64,000 nucleotides of DNA from Fervidobacterium sp. (GTDB lineage: Bacteria > Thermotogota > Thermotogae > Thermotogales > Fervidobacteriaceae): contig JBMFNR010000002.1 in NCBI GenBank assembly GCA_049970055.1, positions 532,406 to 596,405 on the forward strand, given 5' to 3'. Position 1 is the stretch's first letter; each line of letters begins with the position of its first letter. Below are positions 51,056 through 61,126 of the stretch, in pieces. Position numbers and translations under genes: made by a program. Under the pieces are notes generated by a model, which saw only the letters and a list, made by a program, of their open reading frames with translations, did not search any database and had not been told where the DNA came from.

Positions 51056-51817
51056 GTGGTTTTTTTGTACAGAGGCGTATACACAGCTGCAATGGGTATG
51101 TTAGTGGATATCACAAAAATTGATACGGTTTCAAATAATCTTGCCAATGTGGAAACGAATGGTTATAAATTAGATACGCTCGCTTTTAAATCTTATTTGA
51201 CGAAGGAAATTAACCGCATAAAACCAGAACCAGAAAACAGGCGTGTCGAAATCAAGAAAATAGGTAGTCTTGAACAGGCTGTCATTCTAGATGAGGTAAA
51301 GACACTTTACTCCCAAGGTATTTTAGAACAGACGAATGTACCTTCACACCTTGCGATCAGTGGGGAAGGATTTTTTTCTGTTCGAAGAGGCAACGATACT
51401 TTATTCACGAGAAATGGCGAGTTTCTGAGGGACAACACTGGAAAACTCGTGACCACTCAAGGTTATACTCTTGTTGATGAGAACGGCAGAGACATAACAG
51501 TTCCAGAGCAATTTTCTGTGGATGAAAGTGGAAATATATTAGATGCAGGTGGTAACAAAATTGGTAGGATCCCCGTCTTTAATCTCAACGAGCCAAGAAA
51601 GATCGGCGATACACTTTTCACTGGTCAATCCCAAGTCGCACCGCAAGATAGTTTTAGGATTCTCTCAGGTTATGTAGAAAAATCAAATGTAAATGCGGTA
51701 AAAGAAATGGTAAAGATGATAGAAGCCCATAGACACTACGAAGCAACATCTAAAGTAATCGTTGTACATGATGAACTCCTTAACAAAGTCATCAATAACG
51801 TTGGTGCGTTGAAATAA
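51056..51817 (+). CDS. flgF: Flagellar basal-body rod protein FlgF-like
   Basis: SNNLANVET, FTRNG, EKSNVN; precedes flgG. Confidence 0.85.
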   Translation: MVFLYRGVYTAAMGMLVDITKIDTVSNNLANVETNGYKLDTLAFKSYLTKEINRIKPEPENRRVEIKKIGSLEQAVILDEVKTLYSQGILEQTNVPSHLAISGEGFFSVRRGNDTLFTRNGEFLRDNTGKLVTTQGYTLVDENGRDITVPEQFSVDESGNILDAGGNKIGRIPVFNLNEPRKIGDTLFTGQSQVAPQDSFRILSGYVEKSNVNAVKEMVKMIEAHRHYEATSKVIVVHDELLNKVINNVGALK

Positions 51818-51879
51818 GTTTAAGAAAGCCAAATTGTTTAGTAGGATTGAGATAGGAGATTGAGATAGGAGGGAGTTAG

Positions 51880-52665
51880 ATGATCAATAGTCTATACACT
51901 GCAGCGACAGGTATGTGGGCTCAACAATTTAAGATGGACACCGTTTCGAACAATATCGCGAATGTCGATACGGCTGGCTATAAGAAGGTTAAGGCGGAAT
52001 TCCAGGATTTGATTTACAGTTATTCGAAGAACGCTGGTGCTGCGACAGCGCAAAATTCTACTACTCCAACAGGTATATACGTAGGACACGGTGTAAAGCT
52101 TTCCGCGACAACGAAGATTTTCACGCAAGGTAACATAGAAAATACAGGTAATGCTCTTGATCTTGCAATTTCTGGTGACGGATTTTTCCAAATTCAGCTC
52201 CAAGATGGAAGAATTGCTTACACACGTGACGGGCAATTCAAAGTTGATAATCAAGGAAGGGTAGTAACGGCGAACGGCTTACTTTTATCACCGGCCATCG
52301 TTGTACCACAGAACGCTGTTTCTTTAACTGTATCACCTGATGGGATTGTGTCTGTTGAACTCGCCGATGGAACTATACAAAACCTCGGTACGATAACGCT
52401 TGTGAGGTTTGTCAATCCAGCGGGTTTGAAATCGATTGGTGATAACCTATACATAGCGACGAACGCAAGTGGAGAACCGATAGAAGGGACCGCTGGTCAA
52501 GATGGTTTTGGAACTATAATGCAAGGCTACGTTGAGAAATCTAACGTGGACGTTGTTAAAGAAATGGTCGACATGATTACAGCCATGAGGGCTTATGAAT
52601 TTAACTCAAGATCGATAATGACCGCCGATCAGATGTTACAAACGGCAAGCAACTTGAGAAGATAG
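51880..52665 (+). CDS. flgG: Flagellar basal-body rod protein FlgG
   Basis: SLYTAATGM, FQDLIY, YTRDG, QGYVEKSNV. Confidence 0.96.
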   Translation: MINSLYTAATGMWAQQFKMDTVSNNIANVDTAGYKKVKAEFQDLIYSYSKNAGAATAQNSTTPTGIYVGHGVKLSATTKIFTQGNIENTGNALDLAISGDGFFQIQLQDGRIAYTRDGQFKVDNQGRVVTANGLLLSPAIVVPQNAVSLTVSPDGIVSVELADGTIQNLGTITLVRFVNPAGLKSIGDNLYIATNASGEPIEGTAGQDGFGTIMQGYVEKSNVDVVKEMVDMITAMRAYEFNSRSIMTADQMLQTASNLRR

Positions 52666-52691
52666 AAGATAATGAAACTTATAAAATAGCG

Positions 52692-52725
52692 TCCCCAGGA
52701 TGGAAACTCCTGGGGATTTATTTAT
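52692..52725 (+). terminator. Terminator after flgG
   Basis: TCCCCAGGA..TCCTGGGGA followed by TTTATTT. Confidence 0.8.
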
Positions 52726-52788
52726 ACTTGGCATTGTGATATAATTGTTTCGACGCTCAGGATAAAAACGAAATTAGGAGGTGCTACT

Positions 52789-53430
52789 TTGGACGAAAAA
52801 TTTGAAAAAAACACTGAACGCGAAGAACTTATCAAACGTATATTAGAGGAAAAAGGTGCTAGTGCGTTCGATGATATGATAAAATTACTTGACGATGAGG
52901 ATGAAAACGTACGTGAAATAGCGACGGAAGTTCTTTATCGACTTGGCGAAAGTGTTAAGCCAAAAATAGAAGCTTATGTGAAAAAAGAAGTACTTCGCGG
53001 CGAAAAAAACAATATGAAATTGCTGTACTTAATTGATCTACTTGGCGACATGGACGCGAGAAATTTAATAAAAGATATTGTTAAAGCGATGGAACTTTAC
53101 GATTTTGAGGAAGCTCAACTTGTTATATACGAAGCCTTAGCAAAACTCGGTGGTGGTGAACAATTTTATCCGCTCCTAAGATACATGCTTCTTGAAGGTG
53201 ATGAACGATTTATGTTTGGATCACAAGTTGCGATGGTGATGTCGTACTTAGATATACCAGAGATAGTGAGTGACTTAGTGAAGGCAATTGACAGTGGTGA
53301 TTTCAAAGGTGAGGACTTGGAGTTAATCAAGCAGTCATTAACGAATGTCATAAACAAGCATCCTTCGTATAAGGAGATTTTAATTACACTCGTAGGAGAA
53401 GATAACTTTCTCAATTACATTGTTAAATAA
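52789..53430 (+). CDS. HEAT-repeat protein
   Basis: LLDDEDENVREIATEVLYRLG; SD AGGAGG, TTG start. Confidence 0.75.
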   Translation: MDEKFEKNTEREELIKRILEEKGASAFDDMIKLLDDEDENVREIATEVLYRLGESVKPKIEAYVKKEVLRGEKNNMKLLYLIDLLGDMDARNLIKDIVKAMELYDFEEAQLVIYEALAKLGGGEQFYPLLRYMLLEGDERFMFGSQVAMVMSYLDIPEIVSDLVKAIDSGDFKGEDLELIKQSLTNVINKHPSYKEILITLVGEDNFLNYIVK

Positions 53431-53439
53431 TTTTATTAG

Positions 53440-54066
53440 ATGGGAGGAGTGGTTTTCTTGCTGTGGCTTGCGGCCGTTGTGGGGTATTTTATTGGTGCTA
53501 TTCCTTTCAGCTACGTTATACCAAAATTGCGTGGCGTAGACATAACAAAGGTTGGAAGCGGAAACGTTGGAGGAACTAACGTTTTGAGAAACCTTGGAAC
53601 ACTTTACGGAGCGCTTGCAATGTTTTTGGATATAATTAAGGCAGTTATCGCTGTTTTACTTTTCAAAAAATTTGGCGAAAGTGTAATGGTTATGGCCGGC
53701 GCTATGTCTGTGGTTGGTCACTGTTATTCTCCTTTCGTTAAATTTAAGGGAGGTAAGGGTGTTGCTACTACGCTTGGGACGTTTTTTGCCATATTTCCGC
53801 AAGCTGGTATGTTTTCACTTGGTGTTTGGATAGCTATAGTAGCGATAACACAATACGTTTCACTTGCTTCGATTGTCGGGCTCATTTCTGGTAGTATATT
53901 TGCTTTGATTTTTAGCAAAGAGTACTGGGTTGTTTTCTTGGCCCTCGCACTTTTTTCCGTTTTTCGTCATAAAGAAAATATAAAAAGGTTGCTGGAAAAA
54001 AACGAGAGGAAAACCAATGTGGTAGATTATTTTCTTGGTTGGATGGACAAAAGAAAAATCCAGTGA
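53440..54066 (+). CDS. plsY: Glycerol-3-phosphate acyltransferase
   Basis: GSGNVGGTN, FKGGKGVAT, RHKENI. Confidence 0.96.
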   Translation: MGGVVFLLWLAAVVGYFIGAIPFSYVIPKLRGVDITKVGSGNVGGTNVLRNLGTLYGALAMFLDIIKAVIAVLLFKKFGESVMVMAGAMSVVGHCYSPFVKFKGGKGVATTLGTFFAIFPQAGMFSLGVWIAIVAITQYVSLASIVGLISGSIFALIFSKEYWVVFLALALFSVFRHKENIKRLLEKNERKTNVVDYFLGWMDKRKIQ

Positions 54067-54089
54067 AAAAGGTTGTGAAGAGGGATTCT

Positions 54090-55622
54090 ATGAAGTTGAC
54101 TTATGCATTTAAAATCTGTATTTTAATGTTGGTTATTCTTAGTTCATCAATATTTGCAGTTATTGATGAAGAGAGTGCACGTAATTATTTTTCTCAATCT
54201 TTGATACAGATGTATATGGGGAAATATGACAAAGCTTACGAATTTTCGAAAAAAGCTCTGTCGGGTAGGGTCTATGTAAATGAACTGCAGTATTTCTGGT
54301 TTTTAAGAGGAAAGTTGGCTATTGCTAACGGATTCATTGATAAAGCCATCGAAGAGTTTGGAACATTTACTCAGCTTGTAAAAAGCGACGATATAGATAA
54401 CATAATTGCCAAAGTTAACTATTTTCGCGCTTTAAATTTGCTTCCTTCGAAGATTTTTGAACTTAAATACATAGAGAGCACAGTTGGGATAATAAATGGT
54501 ATTGAATATTTTCAAAACCCCGTAAGCGTAGCTATCTACGGTGATTCGTATTGTGTACTTGATAGCAAGAATAAAAGAGTTATCTTTTTCAAGAAAAATC
54601 GAATGACTAAGATAAAAAAAGTGTCAAATGAGTTGAAGCAAATAATTTTTGACAGAGATGGTAATCTTTACCTTGTTGGTCAGAATGCCATATTTAATGA
54701 TTCGGAAGTTGAATTATTAAAAGGACTTCACACACCCATAGTTGCAGGTTTCGATAGGGACAATAACATGTACATAGTAGATTTTGATAAAGTCGTCGTA
54801 TTTAACACATATTCAGGAAACATATCTAATCGTAACCTTTCACAAAAAACTCTCGCAATTGACGCAGAGTTAACTGTTGATAGATTGTATATACTTGATG
54901 GTTTAAGGCAAGAAATCAATGTGTACGATTTAAGAAGTTTCTCAAAGATACAATCCATAAAACTGTCTGAAAAAGTTTGGAATTTTGAGGTAACACCTTA
55001 CGGCGATATTATTTACTTAGCCAAGGATGGTGTTATCGCGGGTAAACAAAAATTTGACTTGAAAGATGTTGATCTTATAGAATACAGTTATCCAACTTTA
55101 TTTGCGATTAAGTGGAAAAATCGTCAGATTGATCAATACATTTTAAAAGATGATAAGCCAATTTTTGTAAATATTGAAAAGATGGAATTCGATGACAACT
55201 ACATATATGCTTACGTAAGTGTTGAGGATCTTTTTGGCGACGAACTTCATTACATAGGACATTCATTAAGTGTTTTTGAACACGATGTTTATGTACCATC
55301 GGAAGTTTACAGCTCTGTAGAGCAATTGAGATTCTTATCTTTAAAGCAATGCAAAGGCGAGCTTACTATGTACCGGTTGCAAGGTTTAAAGATATTAGGT
55401 AATTGCCAAGTGCTCAGTAAATTTACTGGCGCACCATCCGATGAAAGCATAGTGAAAAAAAGAAGAAAATTAATATGGGTTGCGAAGTGGAACTACCTAA
55501 GACCTGTACCACCAGGGATAATAAAGGTTAGTGCACGTGTGTCATTTAAAAACAATACTTATTTCGACGCAGCTTTTTACACACAGATGCTTATAAAATC
55601 GCAAGAATTGAGAAAGCACTAA
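54090..55622 (+). CDS. Exported TPR plus beta-propeller (NHL-like) protein
   Basis: Signal peptide, TPR helices, FQNPVSVA/YIVD/LYILD blades; start uncertain. Confidence 0.7.
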   Translation: MKLTYAFKICILMLVILSSSIFAVIDEESARNYFSQSLIQMYMGKYDKAYEFSKKALSGRVYVNELQYFWFLRGKLAIANGFIDKAIEEFGTFTQLVKSDDIDNIIAKVNYFRALNLLPSKIFELKYIESTVGIINGIEYFQNPVSVAIYGDSYCVLDSKNKRVIFFKKNRMTKIKKVSNELKQIIFDRDGNLYLVGQNAIFNDSEVELLKGLHTPIVAGFDRDNNMYIVDFDKVVVFNTYSGNISNRNLSQKTLAIDAELTVDRLYILDGLRQEINVYDLRSFSKIQSIKLSEKVWNFEVTPYGDIIYLAKDGVIAGKQKFDLKDVDLIEYSYPTLFAIKWKNRQIDQYILKDDKPIFVNIEKMEFDDNYIYAYVSVEDLFGDELHYIGHSLSVFEHDVYVPSEVYSSVEQLRFLSLKQCKGELTMYRLQGLKILGNCQVLSKFTGAPSDESIVKKRRKLIWVAKWNYLRPVPPGIIKVSARVSFKNNTYFDAAFYTQMLIKSQELRKH

Positions 55623-55644
55623 TCCAAATACGGGGAAGTGCCTT

Positions 55645-56091
55645 ATGAAGAATTCCGAAATTTTAGAAAAGATAGAGAAAGCGGTTGAATTTGCAAAAGA
55701 AGGTAAGATAAAAAATGCGATGGAAATTTACGAAAGTCTTCTGGAATATGAAATTCCAGAAGTATATAATAACATTGGGAACCTGTACAGACGGGAAGGC
55801 TTTTTAGGTAAAGCCATAGAAATGTACAAAAAAGCTATACAAATAGATCAAAACTTTCCACTCGCATATTTCAACCTTGGCTGCGCACTTATGGAGCTGG
55901 AGAGATATAACGAAGCGCGGATGTTTTTGGAAAAGGCGGAAAAGCTTGGGATAAAGGGTTTTGAGATAGACGTTCAACTGGCACTTTCTTACCTTGCAAT
56001 TGGAGAATTGGCGAAAGCAAAAGAGAGATTAAAAAATGAAGACGTACGGCGCGAAGTTTCCAAGTACGTCGAAGGAGGACTTAATTTATGA
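55645..56091 (+). CDS. TPR protein
   Basis: YNNIGNLY..AYFNLG. Confidence 0.85.
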   Translation: MKNSEILEKIEKAVEFAKEGKIKNAMEIYESLLEYEIPEVYNNIGNLYRREGFLGKAIEMYKKAIQIDQNFPLAYFNLGCALMELERYNEARMFLEKAEKLGIKGFEIDVQLALSYLAIGELAKAKERLKNEDVRREVSKYVEGGLNL

Positions 56092-56720
56092 TAAACATCA
56101 GCAAATTGGATTTAAACTACGTTTTGGAGATTACGAAATATTTGACTAACAATTGGTACGTAGTGCTTCCTCTCGCTGTATTTTTCTACTTTCTTTCAGA
56201 TTTAGTTGAAGCTATGACTGTATTCGGTATAGGAGCGTTACTCAGCGCTGGGTATATTTATCCGTGGATGTCAAATGTACTTAAAAGTTTTTACCCTGAT
56301 ATCTACACTTTTCTGCAAAACCGTGAAATTTTATTTTTGATTGTTTTTACTGTTTTTTTTGGGGTGATATTCTACGGATTGTACAAGCTAACTATATTTC
56401 TTGGAAGCATGGTGCTATCTTTTGTAGGTATTCTTTTCCTCTTCAATACATTTTTTGGACCACATGTTGAATGGTACATACCAGTTACCGCTGGGTTGGT
56501 AGGTGGAATCATTGCAGGTTCGTATGCTTTGAGGAATAGCTGGAAGTTCGTTGGTTTTATAGCGGCGAGTCTTTCTTCTTTTGTAATTTCAACTGTTGGA
56601 TTTGCTTTGTTCAAAGAATATCTTTTCAATTTTTCCGAATTTGTCTACTTATGGCTTGTTTTTGTATTTACGTTGATTTTACTTTTTGTAAGAGTAAAAT
56701 ACGCTTGGAGGAAAGAATGA
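56088..56720 (+). CDS. Hypothetical membrane protein
   Basis: About 6-7 TM; ATGA overlap with the upstream gene. Confidence 0.75.
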   Translation: MINISKLDLNYVLEITKYLTNNWYVVLPLAVFFYFLSDLVEAMTVFGIGALLSAGYIYPWMSNVLKSFYPDIYTFLQNREILFLIVFTVFFGVIFYGLYKLTIFLGSMVLSFVGILFLFNTFFGPHVEWYIPVTAGLVGGIIAGSYALRNSWKFVGFIAASLSSFVISTVGFALFKEYLFNFSEFVYLWLVFVFTLILLFVRVKYAWRKE

Positions 56721-56723
56721 AGT

Positions 56724-57476
56724 ATGAAGAAGATATGGAATTTTCTAAGAACGATCTGGTTTTTAGTTGGTGCTTTTCTTTACATTTTTATGTATGGTTT
56801 AATAGTTCTAATAATAGGAGCAATTCTGGGAAAGGAAAAAGGGAGAAAGTTTGTTCTAAGACAAATTGAAATTTTTGGACGCCTCGCATTCAAATTGCTT
56901 GGTGTGAAGGTTTACGTATGTGGTGTGAAACCGAACGTAGATAAAAATTACATAGTTGTTTGTAACCATCAAAGTATACTCGATATCCCACTTGTCATAG
57001 GTTACATTGGTCCTACTCCTTTCATAGCGAAAAAGGAGCTTGGAAAGCTCCCAATGATAAATGTATTTCTAAGGTATCTCGGCAGTGAATTGATCGATAG
57101 AGGAAATATCAGACAGACAGCTTTGACAATAAAAGAGGTTATGAGAAAATTAAGTGAAGGGTATCATTTTGTGATATTCCCTGAGGGGACAAGATCAGTT
57201 GACGGGGAAGTTCATGAGTTTAAGCCAAGAAGTTTAGAAATAGCATTGAAATCAAAAGTACCTATACTGCCGGTGTCTATATGGGGTAATCACCTTGTTA
57301 TTCCAAAACACAAATTAACTGTCCAAGGAAGCAAGACAGGAATTTTTATAAATGAACTTGTCTTCCCAGAGAATTTTTCATCGGAAGAAGAACTGAGAAA
57401 ACACGTTGAGGATGTTATTAAATCTGGTGTTGAAAGGTTGAAAGAGGTGATAAATCATGAAAAAGGCAATTGTTAA
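56724..57476 (+). CDS. plsC: 1-acyl-glycerol-3-phosphate acyltransferase
   Basis: NHQSILD, AKKEL, IDR, FPEGTRS. Confidence 0.93.
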   Translation: MKKIWNFLRTIWFLVGAFLYIFMYGLIVLIIGAILGKEKGRKFVLRQIEIFGRLAFKLLGVKVYVCGVKPNVDKNYIVVCNHQSILDIPLVIGYIGPTPFIAKKELGKLPMINVFLRYLGSELIDRGNIRQTALTIKEVMRKLSEGYHFVIFPEGTRSVDGEVHEFKPRSLEIALKSKVPILPVSIWGNHLVIPKHKLTVQGSKTGIFINELVFPENFSSEEELRKHVEDVIKSGVERLKEVINHEKGNC

Positions 57477-57993
57477 GGCTCTTGTTCTTGATAAAGTTTC
57501 AAACACACCCGTTGTTTTATTGGGTATAGAAAACACTAAAAAGGTACTGCCCATCTGGATTGGAGCATGTGAAGCGAGCGTCATGGCAATCGCGATAGAA
57601 AAAGTACCATTTGACAGACCTCTAACTCATGATTTGATAATAAATATTGTGAATGATGTAAGCCTGAAAATTGAACGTTTTGTAATACACTCGATCAAAG
57701 ACAACATATTTTATGCGAAGATAATCCTCAAGGACTTGACATTGTCAGAGCAAGAAATTTCAGATGGTGTTAATCCATACATAGAAATAGACGCAAGGCC
57801 TTCCGATTGTATAATATTATCTTTAAAAACTGGTGCACCACTTTACGTTACAAACGATATAATAGCAACGGAAGCGATTGATATAGAAAATTTGGATCAA
57901 ACAGATGAGGAGTTCAAAAAGTTTGTTGAGAATATGGATATTAACGAATTTAGAAAATTACTTGATGATGATTACCAATCTACAGGTGAATAA
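57457..57993 (+). CDS. Bifunctional nuclease (DUF151) family protein
   Basis: LPIWIG..EA, RPLTHDL, IDARPSD. Confidence 0.92.
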   Translation: MKKAIVKALVLDKVSNTPVVLLGIENTKKVLPIWIGACEASVMAIAIEKVPFDRPLTHDLIINIVNDVSLKIERFVIHSIKDNIFYAKIILKDLTLSEQEISDGVNPYIEIDARPSDCIILSLKTGAPLYVTNDIIATEAIDIENLDQTDEEFKKFVENMDINEFRKLLDDDYQSTGE

Positions 57994-58007
57994 TATAGGG
58001 GGGCAAT

Positions 58008-60446
58008 ATGCCAAAGATAGGAGACTTTTTAAAAGGTCTTTCCGATAAATTTCTAAAAAAACGGCAAAAACCTTCGGAAAGTGAAACCCAGGAAGATGTG
58101 AACCAAACCAAAGAGGAAAAGTTCAACTTGGGTAAGCTTTTTTTATCAATCGCTAGATTACCAAAATTTCTTTGGGCACGTAAAATTTTACTAATTATTG
58201 TTCTTTCAAGTATAATCTTACTTTCCATAGGAATCTCAATAGGAAAAAAAGCTGCAAGAAAGGAAACGACAATTTCCGAGGGAACGCAAACGGTTGAAAA
58301 TCTCCTTATATCCATCCCGTTTGGAGCATTCCCTTACGAGAAATCTTTCAAAGTCTGGATTCCACCGCAAGGAAACTTACGAGCTATTTTAAACACAGGA
58401 AATTTTGTGAGTCCAATTTTTGAACTAGTTCCAAGTGATGGAAGATACGATATGGCTATGCTTCCTATCACTGTTAGATATTATCTACCATCTTCACTTC
58501 TTGGAAGTAACGATTCAAATTCACTTTCCTTTGCCGCAATAAGCAGCGATGGAAAAGCTTATAACATTATTCCAGGCAGTTTCATTGGCAAAGATTCACG
58601 AGGCTATTACGTAGAAGCTGACTTTTTTGTTGTCCCGAGATGGATAGGAGTTGTTTCGATACCAGGACGAAAACTCGATACAGGTATCATGGAACTCTAT
58701 AAGACAATTTCTGCAAAACCCACTTTGTTAATTGTTCCCGGGAGTGATCCAGGATTCTCAGGTTATTACCAATCTACAAAAGTTTCTAACGTGTCTTTAT
58801 GGCAAAGTGTCTTCAGTGATAGATCTATTATGATATACAAATATCCTGTTAACGAGACAAGGTCCTATAACTACACAGCTTTATTAGAGGTGTTTAAAAA
58901 TTCAAACCCCATTCCTAGTTCTATTGTTTTCGAAGCAGAGAGACTAGCAGACCAATTGAAAAAATATCAAGATTTGCAATTTGATATCCTTGCACACGAA
59001 ATTGGCGGATTGGTTGTCTACTACTGCTTGGCAAAACATCCGGAAATTAAAAATGTCAGAAAGGTAGCTTATGTTTCAACACCATTCTATGGTTCAAATG
59101 TTCTGGATCCACGACTTGCATCTTCGATATATTTATCGAAGCCATCCGCAGCAGGAATACTTTATAATCTTCCTGAATCAGTAGTTTCTACTTTGCAAGG
59201 ATATTTGAAATCTTACATTGAGGCGGTTAATGTGTACTATTCGGATATTATACCAAACTCAGAATTTTTAAAATTGCTTCGTTATTTACCGTATAGAACC
59301 GATGTACAGGCAATTGCATATATGGGGAATACACCGCCGATGTCGATAGATGTCACTTCAAGTCTTCTTGAAAGGCTATTTCCTGAGCTTGTTATAAACC
59401 TTGGAGATGGTGTCGTTTCAAAAAATTCCGCGAGATTACCTTACATGACTTTGAAAATTTTCAACGGGAGCTGGAATAATTTTTATATGAGTGATGAGTT
59501 TACCCAAGAAATTAAAAATTACTTTGACTACCAGTTGCCACAGATACCATCATACAAAGATGATACTTTCTCAGAACGTGTGACAAGTGAAAAAGAAAAG
59601 TTTTTTGAAAGATTCTTATCAAGTGAAACAGCACAGCAATTCCAGGTAGATGAATGGAAGATAGGTGATAACCCGTATATCAAATTTATTCAAACGCTTC
59701 CTTTCCAAGGGAATCAAATAGCCATTTACGGTGGTGTCATCTACACAGCTGATGAAAAAGGTTTGTATGTTTCTGGTACAAGAGTTTGGGAAGAGAGTAT
59801 CATGAATTTAAAAGAGACAATCGATGGTATTAGTTACGAAACGCAGGATAAAGTTTATTACAGAAAACTCGCTGACGTAGTCAGTTATAATTCATCTTCT
59901 GCCGATGATTCGTTGGCAACTCGTAGTTTTGCTATATTTGCGAAACCGAGGCCGAATGAGAAAGTTGATTTTGTTGATGAAACAGGTAATGTTATTGTAA
60001 CTTTGAGGGGGATCTACGGAAAGGTTATATACGATGGGGACGAAATTATTCTGATGACAAATAGGGAGATTTACAGGTACTATTACGGAATAAAATACAC
60101 GGCTCCTTTAGGACTTTACAAAAGCTACGACATGACATACGCTATAGTCGTAGATGATTATGTTATCGCGACAACAAGGGCCTACGGTTTACTTGTATTT
60201 AATAGAGCAGGAAATTATGCTTATACAGGTGAAGGTTGGGTCGGTAATCTGGGACTATACAAATCTGGAAATTATATTGTTGCAATTGGTGATAGCTTTA
60301 TAACGTTAATCGATTTTGAGAACAAAAAATTAGAGAGAATTGTCGAAAATATTCCAGGTATAGTTTACGATGCAACTATATGGGAAAATAAACTGTATGT
60401 AATGACGAGCGATGGTGTATTAATATATCAAATTCAAAAAAGATAA
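58008..60446 (+). CDS. Membrane-anchored alpha/beta-hydrolase-like plus beta-propeller protein
   Basis: Single N-terminal TM; LIVPG, ILAHEIGGL, STPFYGS, GDGVV; propeller-like C-terminus. Confidence 0.75.
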   Translation: MPKIGDFLKGLSDKFLKKRQKPSESETQEDVNQTKEEKFNLGKLFLSIARLPKFLWARKILLIIVLSSIILLSIGISIGKKAARKETTISEGTQTVENLLISIPFGAFPYEKSFKVWIPPQGNLRAILNTGNFVSPIFELVPSDGRYDMAMLPITVRYYLPSSLLGSNDSNSLSFAAISSDGKAYNIIPGSFIGKDSRGYYVEADFFVVPRWIGVVSIPGRKLDTGIMELYKTISAKPTLLIVPGSDPGFSGYYQSTKVSNVSLWQSVFSDRSIMIYKYPVNETRSYNYTALLEVFKNSNPIPSSIVFEAERLADQLKKYQDLQFDILAHEIGGLVVYYCLAKHPEIKNVRKVAYVSTPFYGSNVLDPRLASSIYLSKPSAAGILYNLPESVVSTLQGYLKSYIEAVNVYYSDIIPNSEFLKLLRYLPYRTDVQAIAYMGNTPPMSIDVTSSLLERLFPELVINLGDGVVSKNSARLPYMTLKIFNGSWNNFYMSDEFTQEIKNYFDYQLPQIPSYKDDTFSERVTSEKEKFFERFLSSETAQQFQVDEWKIGDNPYIKFIQTLPFQGNQIAIYGGVIYTADEKGLYVSGTRVWEESIMNLKETIDGISYETQDKVYYRKLADVVSYNSSSADDSLATRSFAIFAKPRPNEKVDFVDETGNVIVTLRGIYGKVIYDGDEIILMTNREIYRYYYGIKYTAPLGLYKSYDMTYAIVVDDYVIATTRAYGLLVFNRAGNYAYTGEGWVGNLGLYKSGNYIVAIGDSFITLIDFENKKLERIVENIPGIVYDATIWENKLYVMTSDGVLIYQIQKR

Positions 60447-60493
60447 TACAAAAGAAATATAGCATAAAGAAATCAAAAGAAGGAGGTATTACA

Positions 60494-61111
60494 GTGATAC
60501 ATTTATTTCTTGCGCATTTCGTTGCAGACCACGGTTTTACAGATAACACAAAGATAAGAAGCTACACGGGTTATAAACTTATTGAGCACATAGTCTGGTC
60601 TTTGTTTGCACTCCTTGCTTTTACATTTGACACATTGTTGAAGACAGAAAGAGGAATAATAGTTTTAAGTATTCTGGCTATTGTTCATATTCTCGGCGAC
60701 ATTCTTCGAACAAAGATAAGAGATCTTAAAAAAATACACATCCTGGAATTAACGGAGCTTGCAATAGCGCTCATTCTAAACTACTTAGTTGCGGATCTTT
60801 TTGTTTATTCGTATATCTCAAAAGAATTTGCAATATACCTACTTGGCATGGCAGTTGTTAGTATGGCTGTGACGTACATTTTCAGAAACTTTTATCCCGG
60901 AGATTTGCGGTACAACGATCTTGATGGTATATCTGAAAGATTGGCTTTTTTTGTTTTTTTCTTGGCAAAAAATTACGTGTTTGCCTTCCTCTCGTTGGCC
61001 CTTGGATTTTTATACAGACTATGGAAAGTAAAGAAGTTTTCGTATACGTGGCTCATTAGCCCATTACTTGGTGTTGCAATTACAGTCATTTGGAAATTAT
61101 GGATATACTGA
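60494..61111 (+). CDS. DUF3307-like membrane protein
   Basis: LAHFVAD..H..H..D pattern, GISER; SD GGAGG. Confidence 0.65.
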   Translation: MIHLFLAHFVADHGFTDNTKIRSYTGYKLIEHIVWSLFALLAFTFDTLLKTERGIIVLSILAIVHILGDILRTKIRDLKKIHILELTELAIALILNYLVADLFVYSYISKEFAIYLLGMAVVSMAVTYIFRNFYPGDLRYNDLDGISERLAFFVFFLAKNYVFAFLSLALGFLYRLWKVKKFSYTWLISPLLGVAITVIWKLWIY

Positions 61112-61126
61112 TGGAGGTGCTCGAAC

